A stretch of 38,589 nt of DNA from a virus (Duplodnaviria; Caudoviricetes): positions 1 through 38,589 of the IMG/VR virus record IMGVR_UViG_3300033076_001091; one strand, given 5' to 3'. The notes under the pieces are model-generated. The model was not told the origin of the DNA. It worked only from the letters and a program-made list of their open reading frames with translations, and did not search any database. Positions 9,877 through 17,284 of this stretch are shown piece by piece. Position 1 is the first letter of the stretch. Each line of letters starts with the position of its first letter. Position numbers and translations under genes: made by a program.

Positions 9877-9885
9877 TATAAATAT
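9877..9885 (-). promoter_or_regulatory. Putative late promoter ATATTTATA
   Basis: Exact motif 21 nt upstream of ATG 9855, immediately after a terminator. Confidence 0.65.
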
Positions 9886-9891
9886 TGGAAT

Positions 9892-9920
9892 AAAAAATAA
9901 GGGGATATAAATCCCCTTAT
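9892..9920 (-). terminator. Rho-independent terminator
   Basis: Minus strand ATAAGGGGAT-TTAT-ATCCCCTTAT followed by a T run, right after the stop at 9922. Confidence 0.85.
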
Positions 9921-9921
9921 G

Positions 9922-10146
9922 TTATCTCATTCTTACTTTAGAACCACCTGGTGATGGTCGTTTTTTAGCCTTTTCTATTTCTTCATTTTCCTTTTTCTTA
10001 TGGTCTATCAATTTTTTAAGATAGAACCTTCTCCAATGTATCGGCATGGTATAAACATCTTTCCAAGTAAATCCATTACCAAATTGAACCATACTCCATA
10101 ACTCTTCATGAAGAATAGTTGAATAATTAGTTGGAAGGGTAAAAAA
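9922..10146 (-). CDS. gp51-like / tail chaperone 'T' segment; probably a frameshift extension of 10127..10888 (absent from the ORF track)
   Basis: Open frame of 74 codons: FFTLPTNYSTILHEELWSMVQFGNGFTWKDVYTMPIHWRRFYLKKLIDHKKKENEEIEKAKKRPSPGGSKVRMR*. First ATG at 10092 would give 56 aa. Confidence 0.8.
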   Translation of the reverse strand, partial: FFTLPTNYSTILHEELWSMVQFGNGFTWKDVYTMPIHWRRFYLKKLIDHKKKENEEIEKAKKRPSPGGSKVRMR

Positions 10147-10888
10147 AGTTAATCCCGAAAGGGATATCTAGTGCCTCCGTCTCACCTGTTACATCTGAAG
10201 TAAATTCAAATTTTAATTCTAAATCTGGTGTAATTTCTTTTACATAATTTCTAAATGCTCTACTATCTTGTGCCTTAAAACTATTAACTACCCATCTATT
10301 GATATAAGTTCTATCGGTATTACCATTTATTTCTAATATCATATGTTTCAAACGAGTTGTTACTTCAGATGGATTATTACCTTTAGATAGTTTTTCTAAC
10401 GCCTGAATTTCAGAAGTTATATCACCTTCATCTTTATGAGTCAATAATTTGAATTTTAATTTTGTTCCATCAGATGGTAAAGTGAAATCATATTTATTAT
10501 CTCTTCTTAATTTAGTGTAATCTATATCTTTCGTTTTAACTGCTCCTAAATCAATTGAAGTTTCTTGTCTTTCTCCACTAAAAGGATCAATAATTTCTAC
10601 GTTGTAATTAGGTCCATATCCTAATATTCTAGTTGCTAAGAATATAGCATTTTTATCTCCTAATATTAAATCATCAATAGATGTTCCTACTACTACTGAT
10701 TCTAATAATTTATCTAATACTATTCCTTTTTTGATTAAATTTTGAGAAGAAAGAATATCTTCTTCTTTCGCGGTCATATATTTTAGTGTGATTTTTCCAC
10801 TTGCTAAAGGATGACCTTCTGGATAACATAAACCTTGAGATGGTAAATCAATAACTTCCGTTGGGAAATCGTATTTTTGTTCTTGCAT
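10127..10888 (-). CDS. T4 gp26-like baseplate hub assembly / tail assembly chaperone
   Basis: IDLPSQG..ITLKYMTAKEEDIL..DKNAIFLATRILGYG..FTLPSDGTKLKFKLLT..DIPFGINFF; located between tube and tape measure. Confidence 0.8.
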   Translation of the reverse strand: MQEQKYDFPTEVIDLPSQGLCYPEGHPLASGKITLKYMTAKEEDILSSQNLIKKGIVLDKLLESVVVGTSIDDLILGDKNAIFLATRILGYGPNYNVEIIDPFSGERQETSIDLGAVKTKDIDYTKLRRDNKYDFTLPSDGTKLKFKLLTHKDEGDITSEIQALEKLSKGNNPSEVTTRLKHMILEINGNTDRTYINRWVVNSFKAQDSRAFRNYVKEITPDLELKFEFTSDVTGETEALDIPFGINFFYPSN

Positions 10889-10908
10889 AATAAAACTTAT
10901 TTTGTGTA

Positions 10909-10917
10909 TATAGATAT
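10909..10917 (-). promoter_or_regulatory. Putative late promoter variant ATATCTATA
   Basis: One mismatch to the motif; 20 nt upstream of ATG 10888, just after a terminator. Confidence 0.45.
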
Positions 10918-10937
10918 ATATAATCTTTTTGGAAAAT

Positions 10938-10967
10938 AAAAAAGTAGTAGAGATTTCTCCCTACTAC
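10938..10967 (-). terminator. Rho-independent terminator
   Basis: Minus strand GTAGTAGGGA-GAAA-TCTCTACTAC-TTTTTT. Confidence 0.85.
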
Positions 10968-10995
10968 CCCATATATTTACAAACACAAATCTTTC

Positions 10996-11265
10996 TTATG
11001 CCATTTCAATCATCGAAACCGGAACATTATAAGAAGCAAACCCACCAATTACTCGTAAATTAGCTTTTGTTCGATTGATTTTAGTAATCTCTAATTCTTT
11101 ACCGATTAACTTAGGATGATTGACAGTAACTTTCATACCCACATTTAAAGTCACTTTCTTTTGAAGTGATTCGATATTACGTTTTTGTTTGATTAACTCA
11201 ACAACAATCTGATTGATATTACGCAATTCTGATACTGATAATTTTGATAATTCTGAAATGTTCAT
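10996..11265 (-). CDS. Small basic hypothetical protein (N-terminal helix plus SH3/KOW-like barrel)
   Basis: 89 aa; LNVGMKVTV..EITKINRTKANL..YNVPVSMI pattern. Confidence 0.7.
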   Translation of the reverse strand: MNISELSKLSVSELRNINQIVVELIKQKRNIESLQKKVTLNVGMKVTVNHPKLIGKELEITKINRTKANLRVIGGFASYNVPVSMIEMA

Positions 11266-11294
11266 ATCTTTTATAGTTTAAATTTTAAAGTTTA

Positions 11295-11585
11295 TTACAA
11301 ATACATATTAGCTTCGGCAGCCCAACTTTCATTCACTAAATACCAATAGGGAGTGTTTAAGTAAATGATAACATAACCACTATCATTTTCATCCAAATTA
11401 AGAATTCCTTTCTTAACCAAAGAACCCAATGCACCTCTCACACTTTTGGTTGAAATTCCAATATCCTCACTAATATCTTTCGCATCTACATCGGAGAAAC
11501 CTGGTTCAGCATATAACATTGAAACATAACTTTCCATTACTTTCAATTCCAATTCAGTTAATTCAACATCAATTTTGTTTTTCAT
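11295..11585 (-). CDS. Winged helix-turn-helix protein
   Basis: VDAKDISEDIGISTKSVRGALGSLVKKGIL. Confidence 0.75.
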   Translation of the reverse strand: MKNKIDVELTELELKVMESYVSMLYAEPGFSDVDAKDISEDIGISTKSVRGALGSLVKKGILNLDENDSGYVIIYLNTPYWYLVNESWAAEANMYL

Positions 11586-11609
11586 ATCTTATCTCTTTTG
11601 ATTACATAA

Positions 11610-11640
11610 TAAAGGTAGTAAATAAGTTTGAATTTTCCAA
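11610..11640 (-). promoter_or_regulatory. Bacteroidota-type promoter of the two-gene insert
   Basis: Minus strand TTGG (11640-11637), 19-nt spacer, TACCTTTA (11617-11610). Confidence 0.65.
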
Positions 11641-11694
11641 GCCTTTTATCAATTATTTTTCAAAATTTTTTATTGAAAATCAATGATTTATGAC

Positions 11695-11725
11695 AAAAAA
11701 AGGGAATACCATTTCTGATATTCCC
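11695..11725 (-). terminator. Rho-independent terminator after the tail tube gene
   Basis: Minus strand GGGAATATCA-GAAA-TGGTATTCCC-TTTTTTT. Confidence 0.9.
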
Positions 11726-11748
11726 CTTTGAATTTATATTGAGAGTTA

Positions 11749-12240
11749 TTAGAATTCTAAGATTGCATAATCATAAGTCAAAGTGATTGAGATTTGTGCA
11801 GGATCCGTAGCATTACTCCAATCCAAGTCACCGAAGTTAGCTTGAGATATAAATGCTCCTTTTAGTTTCCATTGTTCAATCTTATCACCTACTGGACCTA
11901 ACATATAGAAATCCACATCTTTCTTATAGAATTCTGCGTATCCATCTCTACCTGTTAAAGATTCGTGCGATGCTCTCACCCATTCCATTACCGCCTGTGC
12001 TCCAGATGGAACGATTGGGTCGTAAAGAGTGATTTCTAAATCTTGCCAATCACCTTTACCTTTTAACTTTCTTTTTATGTTTATATGGTCTAATACTACT
12101 GTTTCAAATTGTAAAGTTGGTCTATTACCAGCTTTTACCAAATATGAAGGAATTCCATCTACTTCAAAAACGAATCTATGTTTCATTTTTGGTTCGAAAT
12201 TCGTATAGAACATCTCGTTAAATTCTAATACTTCTGCCAT
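11749..12240 (-). CDS. gp19: Tail tube protein (T4 gp19-like)
   Basis: FEPKMKHRF..WQDLEITLYDP..VMEWV..YKKDVDFYMLGPVGDKIEQWKLKGAFI..GDLDW..ITLTYDY; directly after the sheath gene. Confidence 0.92.
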   Translation of the reverse strand: MAEVLEFNEMFYTNFEPKMKHRFVFEVDGIPSYLVKAGNRPTLQFETVVLDHINIKRKLKGKGDWQDLEITLYDPIVPSGAQAVMEWVRASHESLTGRDGYAEFYKKDVDFYMLGPVGDKIEQWKLKGAFISQANFGDLDWSNATDPAQISITLTYDYAILEF

Positions 12241-12258
12241 GTTATGTTATTCTTTTTA

Positions 12259-12267
12259 TATAAATAT
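12259..12267 (-). promoter_or_regulatory. Putative late promoter ATATTTATA
   Basis: Exact motif 18 nt upstream of the tail tube ATG. Confidence 0.65.
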
Positions 12268-12280
12268 TACTTTATTCAAA

Positions 12281-14566
12281 TTATACATTAAAAGTTGCCC
12301 CTGTTGGTAAAATGTTGAAATCAATTGTAATGAATTCAGCAGTTTTTGCAGGTTGTAAGAAGATAGAACCAGCTAAAATGTTTCTATCAATTACATCTGG
12401 TGTATTATTTGATTCATCCATAACCACTCTAAATGCATATAAACCTTGTCTTTGTTGAACACTTTCTAAGTAAGGATTTACTGTATTTAAAAATTTAGCT
12501 CTAGTTTGTGCAGTATTTTGTTCGAATACTAAGAATCTTGAAGTAGATGCTACATACTTTTTCAAGTTAATTAACAATCTTCTTACATTGATTCTATCTA
12601 ATGCAGATGCAGTATCTTGTAATGTTTTCTGTCCGAATGCACTAATACCTTGTCCAGGGAAAGCCGCGATTGGATTTACCTTTCCTTCGTATAATGTATC
12701 TCTTTCAGATTGAGTTAATCTATTTACTACTTGAACTGCTCCAGCGATACCACCTCTATTCAAACCAGCAGGTGCGAACCACTCAGCTCCTAATCTATCG
12801 TTTTGTGCAAAAGTTCCGGCCATTAATACTGAAGGTGGAACTGTTACTAATTTATTTGTATTTACATCAACTGTCTTAATCCATGGGTAGTAAGTTCCAG
12901 CATAGTTTGTATCTTCTCCTAATGCTTGCTCAACTACTTCTGCAATTGTAGCATCAGCACCAGCAAAATCAGCAATGTAGAATACATCTTCTCTAGCCTC
13001 ACAAACATCAATAGCTTTAGTTGTTACATAAGGATGGAATTGTCTAACAATACCTGGAGTTACTAATAGGTTAATATCAAACTCATCTGGATTAGAAATA
13101 GCATTTAATGCTTTAGCATATGCTATTGAACCACTTGCGGTTGAAGAAGAACAATCAAATCCTTGAGTGTTTGAACCAGCGATATCAGAACCCTTCTTAA
13201 TTGAAATAGTTGGGTCTTGTCCGTTAAATCCACCTTGTAATCCAACTACAAAGTTTCTCATTGCCAATTGATTTGAATCAGATGTTTCAGCTGAACTTAA
13301 ACCGATATTAAATTCGTTTGTTGTTCCAACTGCACTATCTAATGCAAATATTTTATTAGAACCAGTTGTTGCATTTGCAGGTAATGGTTTTAAGTAATTT
13401 ATGTTATTTGCAATATCAAAGTTAATACCACTTGAGAAAACTGAAGAACTAAGAGATGCAGATGTGTAAGTTATTGTAGGGAATGTTGATGGAGTAGTAA
13501 CATTCACTGGAACTGAATATCCTTCATGTCCAAATGGAATAGCTGTTAATGGATAAGTTCCTTCTGCTCCTACTTCTATTCTAATATACTTACTTCTATT
13601 TGTATAATCACCTGTTTCAGTAATTTTACCATTTGCATCAATTGATGTTGTTCTATCACCAATTCTTCTACCAATAAAGTTAGGAGAATTAGGGTCTAAA
13701 TCTAAGTTGTTATATTGCTCATATACAGTCTTTCTTTTATCAGTATCATTATAATCTCTAACTAATAAAGAGAATGTTCCGTATTTAGTTCCATCTGAAG
13801 ATTTAACATTTGAGATTTGAATTTTAAATCTCTTATTCTCAGTATCTCCATCAGCTAAAGTATGAACTTTAAATAAGTTATATCTAGTTCCACTATAAGT
13901 TTGAGATAATATCCAAGGTGTAGTTGCATTACTATAATCAGATGTAAAATCTTGTACTGATGCTGAAGCAAAACTTAATGAGATTGCAGAGTTTGAAATA
14001 CCTGCAAAACTTGCACTTAAGTTTGAACCAGCTTGTCTGATATCGAAGAATGTATAAGAATACATTTTCTTACCAAAGAATGGATTTTCACCGAAAATAT
14101 CATCGATAGTGTTGGAATCAGCTGTAAGAATACTTGCACTCACAGGTGATATTGATGAACCACTTACTCTAAATGTTCCGTTTGTTCCCGCAGTAAATAA
14201 AGGAGCAGGGTTATTAGAACTTGTAGATGGTGCTAATACACCAACAGTCGTATATCCATTACTAGATGAAGCGATGATTTCGTATGAATCAGTTAATTCA
14301 TATCCACCTAAACCAGCAACTCTTACGATTGTTACTGAACCAGCATCTCTCAAATAATTTTGAACTGCATAACCCGTATAATAATCTTTAGGTGTTCCAA
14401 AAATTGATTCATATTCTGCCTGAGTTTGAATCAAAGTAGGAAGAAACGCAGGCCCCTTTTCTGTCGGACCAACTACTGCTGCACCTATTTGTGATATACC
14501 TTGTGGTAAGAAAGAAAGGTCGTTTTCTCTCGTAAATACACCAGGTGATACAATTTTTTCTGCCAT
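12281..14566 (-). CDS. gp18: Contractile tail sheath protein (T4 gp18-like)
   Basis: SPGVFTRENDLS N-terminus; YYPW, WFAPAGLNRG, GQKTLQ..ALDRINVRRL, FEQN, QPAKTAEFI. Confidence 0.97.
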   Translation of the reverse strand: MAEKIVSPGVFTRENDLSFLPQGISQIGAAVVGPTEKGPAFLPTLIQTQAEYESIFGTPKDYYTGYAVQNYLRDAGSVTIVRVAGLGGYELTDSYEIIASSSNGYTTVGVLAPSTSSNNPAPLFTAGTNGTFRVSGSSISPVSASILTADSNTIDDIFGENPFFGKKMYSYTFFDIRQAGSNLSASFAGISNSAISLSFASASVQDFTSDYSNATTPWILSQTYSGTRYNLFKVHTLADGDTENKRFKIQISNVKSSDGTKYGTFSLLVRDYNDTDKRKTVYEQYNNLDLDPNSPNFIGRRIGDRTTSIDANGKITETGDYTNRSKYIRIEVGAEGTYPLTAIPFGHEGYSVPVNVTTPSTFPTITYTSASLSSSVFSSGINFDIANNINYLKPLPANATTGSNKIFALDSAVGTTNEFNIGLSSAETSDSNQLAMRNFVVGLQGGFNGQDPTISIKKGSDIAGSNTQGFDCSSSTASGSIAYAKALNAISNPDEFDINLLVTPGIVRQFHPYVTTKAIDVCEAREDVFYIADFAGADATIAEVVEQALGEDTNYAGTYYPWIKTVDVNTNKLVTVPPSVLMAGTFAQNDRLGAEWFAPAGLNRGGIAGAVQVVNRLTQSERDTLYEGKVNPIAAFPGQGISAFGQKTLQDTASALDRINVRRLLINLKKYVASTSRFLVFEQNTAQTRAKFLNTVNPYLESVQQRQGLYAFRVVMDESNNTPDVIDRNILAGSIFLQPAKTAEFITIDFNILPTGATFNV

Positions 14567-14602
14567 ATTTTTTTTAATTTAATTTTCTTTGTTATTTCAA
14601 TA

Positions 14603-14611
14603 TATAAATAT
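14603..14611 (-). promoter_or_regulatory. Putative late promoter ATATTTATA
   Basis: Exact motif 36 nt upstream of the sheath ATG. Confidence 0.65.
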
Positions 14612-14630
14612 AAAAATCAGGTGGGAAACG

Positions 14631-14885
14631 TTATTCTGCTGATGGAGTAAATTCTCCGTTATCCAAATTCACTGTCCCAATTCCATAAATTTCTTTTAAT
14701 TTATCAAACAATTGAGTTTCTCTACCTTTAATCTCTTCTAAAATAGCAAAGTTTTTATTGTTTTCTATCTCTAATGATTTGATTTCGGCTTGAATAGAAC
14801 CGATAGATTGATAAATTTGTGAATATTCCGCTCTTAACTGACCAATTTGTTGTAACTCGTCTTCCGACAATTTTTTAACTTCCAT
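14631..14885 (-). CDS. Small coiled-coil protein (possible assembly chaperone)
   Basis: 84 aa; heptad pattern; C-terminus LKEIYGIGTVNLDNGEF. Confidence 0.75.
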   Translation of the reverse strand: MEVKKLSEDELQQIGQLRAEYSQIYQSIGSIQAEIKSLEIENNKNFAILEEIKGRETQLFDKLKEIYGIGTVNLDNGEFTPSAE

Positions 14886-14919
14886 TGTAAATGTTATTTA
14901 TGTAATAAAAATATATATC

Positions 14920-14928
14920 TATAAATAT
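14920..14928 (-). promoter_or_regulatory. Putative late promoter ATATTTATA
   Basis: Exact motif 34 nt upstream of ATG 14885. Confidence 0.65.
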
Positions 14929-14988
14929 TAAGATTTTTTCCATAACCCCAATATTTAAGATACATATTAAAAAATATTTCCAAAAAGA

Positions 14989-16275
14989 TTATCCAGTTGC
15001 ACTACTTCCATAAGCAGTTGTCAAACCACCGAAATTGGTCTTAGCTCTAACATAAATTACACCCGCAGTTTTATAATCATAAGTAGCTGCACTAAATGAT
15101 GTAGGTGCATCCAATATAGTAGTAAATCCACTATCTGATGCAATTTGAATATCAAATGAATAGTTTGCTGATATCGCAGTTGAACCAGGTGATACCACCG
15201 CTGAGTTTAGAGAAATTGTAGTTCTCTTATATGTTTCTCCACCTATTGTTACAGTCGATACTGATACAGTCGGTGTAGCCGAAATAGAATATCCTGCGAA
15301 TGAATTAGAACCTTTATTATGAGTTACAAATCCATTTACAATATATGTATCTACTTCTTCAACATCAATTGATACAACTTCTAAAGTAGAATTTTGAACT
15401 TGATTTTCTATCACTTCCACTTCTTCAACGTTGTTATCACCTAATACTTTAATAAATTTATCTCCACTTTGAACTAATCCCAATGGTTTAAATTTATATA
15501 CCGATTCATTTACATCCCAAACTAACATAGGATGTTCTCCATTACCTCTAACTGAACCACTTGCAGTAGTTACAATATTCCATCTATCTACGAATGTGTA
15601 AGCAACTCCAACTACTACTGAATCAGTTAATACTCCACCTGGAGTAGCATATGTCCAATCATAAAAGTTAAAATCAGTAAGTTGATTTACATGAGGAGGA
15701 TAATATGATTTAAGTATATCACCTTCTATTAAATCTCCCGCCTTTTTTGTAGTTCCATCTGCTAATAAAATATCTTCATCTAAATGCAAACATAAACCAC
15801 TTGCACCAGCATAGTCATCTACATTATAAACCGTCTTTGTTTTATTTACATTATATCCAGTTGCATGATCATTAAATCCATCTGCGAATTTTACACCAAT
15901 TGTTCTAGCAGTAGGTGCAACCAATGTTGCAGAGTTACCGATTGCAGCAGCGGTTACGGATGGATTATATGGGGGATTGGCTTGAAAAGAAAATTCAGAA
16001 GGTGCATCTATTGACCAGCTAAAATTTGAACTAACTGATCCAACTCTTGATAAAAAACGGCTACCAACATCGGTAAATCCTAATGTGAATGTTTCTGATG
16101 TTGATTCTTTGACATATGTAAAACCACTAATTGCATCTACCGAAGCAATACTAAATTCAGACATTGCAATTGGCCCAGTTGTTGTCCCAGCTGCAGATGA
16201 TAATGATTTTGCCGCAGCTCCTGTTGCTCCTTGCAAATTAGATAATGATAAGGTATCCCCTGATGCTCTAGCCAT
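14989..16275 (-). CDS. Hint (intein-like) domain-containing putative virion/adhesin protein
   Basis: Hint domain residues 162-320 (nt 15792..15316): CLHLDEDILLADGTTKKAGDLIEGD, block B NGEHPMLV, terminal VVSIDVEEVDTYIVNGFVTHN followed by Lys; FN3-like C-terminus. Confidence 0.85.
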   Translation of the reverse strand: MARASGDTLSLSNLQGATGAAAKSLSSAAGTTTGPIAMSEFSIASVDAISGFTYVKESTSETFTLGFTDVGSRFLSRVGSVSSNFSWSIDAPSEFSFQANPPYNPSVTAAAIGNSATLVAPTARTIGVKFADGFNDHATGYNVNKTKTVYNVDDYAGASGLCLHLDEDILLADGTTKKAGDLIEGDILKSYYPPHVNQLTDFNFYDWTYATPGGVLTDSVVVGVAYTFVDRWNIVTTASGSVRGNGEHPMLVWDVNESVYKFKPLGLVQSGDKFIKVLGDNNVEEVEVIENQVQNSTLEVVSIDVEEVDTYIVNGFVTHNKGSNSFAGYSISATPTVSVSTVTIGGETYKRTTISLNSAVVSPGSTAISANYSFDIQIASDSGFTTILDAPTSFSAATYDYKTAGVIYVRAKTNFGGLTTAYGSSATG

Positions 16276-17281
16276 TATATATTTTTAATAATTTTTCTTT
16301 CCAATTTTGTTTATCACTAAACTTATGTATTAACTGATTTTTTAGAGAATCAAACTCTATTTTTCGGTCTTCATATGATAAGTCTATGATACTTCTATAA
16401 ATATCTACAAATTCTTTTTTATTACTAGCTCTAAACTTATATTCTATTTCAGGACACCATTCAGTTTCCAATATTGGTAATTTTCCCCAATCTATATTTT
16501 GAAAAATTGAGTAACCAAACGGCTCAGCAGTAAAAGCGGAGTGAGAAATTCCCCAATCCATTTCATAATACTTTTCGCTGAACTGACTTTCATATTGTAT
16601 CTTTTTTAGTTTAGAAAAATCTAAACTCTTTTCTTTCAACCATGTCTTTTGAAATGGTCTTATATTAGTGAATAGATATCCTTCTAAACCATTTAAATAA
16701 TGTGGATTTTTTCTACTTTCACACCTACTTGTAAATCCTATTTTTGTAGATTCGGATAAAGGTTTGTTTTTTACAAACTCATAGTATGAAGGTATATTAA
16801 TATATCCATTAAAAACATCTTCATATAAGTTATATAATCCTATCCAAACTTTATTCTTAGCATTTATCAATACTTTATCTTCCCATTCTTTTGAATAATG
16901 AGGAATCCACCCAAATTCCGTATCGGATAATCCACTTTGAACATATACTCTACTTAAATCATTATGAATTATATAACTATGTAATTTGTGTAAGTTATCT
17001 TCTATTAATTCTAATGGAGTATAATGAGCATGAAGAATATTTACATTTCTACATTCTCTAAATTTTTCTTCAAAAATATCTTTGTGATTTCCAGATTCAT
17101 CATTATACCAATAATGTTCAATTGGTATTTCAAAATTAAAATCAGAGGGTTTGTTTCTATAAATAAGTAAAACCGGTTGAGTGTCTAAGTTGTTACTTAT
17201 TTCACTCAACCAGTTATTTACCCAAATATCTACTCCCGTATTGATTTTACCTATTCCTGTGGTAAAATATACATCAAACAT
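16268..17281 (-). CDS. GT-B fold (GT4-like) glycosyltransferase
   Basis: N-terminal TGVDIWV loop, ILHAHY, IGFTSRCESRKNPH, AEPFGYSIFQNIDWGKLPI. Confidence 0.75.
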   Translation of the reverse strand: MFDVYFTTGIGKINTGVDIWVNNWLSEISNNLDTQPVLLIYRNKPSDFNFEIPIEHYWYNDESGNHKDIFEEKFRECRNVNILHAHYTPLELIEDNLHKLHSYIIHNDLSRVYVQSGLSDTEFGWIPHYSKEWEDKVLINAKNKVWIGLYNLYEDVFNGYINIPSYYEFVKNKPLSESTKIGFTSRCESRKNPHYLNGLEGYLFTNIRPFQKTWLKEKSLDFSKLKKIQYESQFSEKYYEMDWGISHSAFTAEPFGYSIFQNIDWGKLPILETEWCPEIEYKFRASNKKEFVDIYRSIIDLSYEDRKIEFDSLKNQLIHKFSDKQNWKEKLLKIYNG

Positions 17282-17284
17282 TTA

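Noticed and set aside
15316-15792. Classical mobile intein
   Set aside because: The +1 residue is Lys, there is no homing endonuclease, and the host is not a conserved enzyme; a BIL/pre-toxin-type Hint domain fits better.
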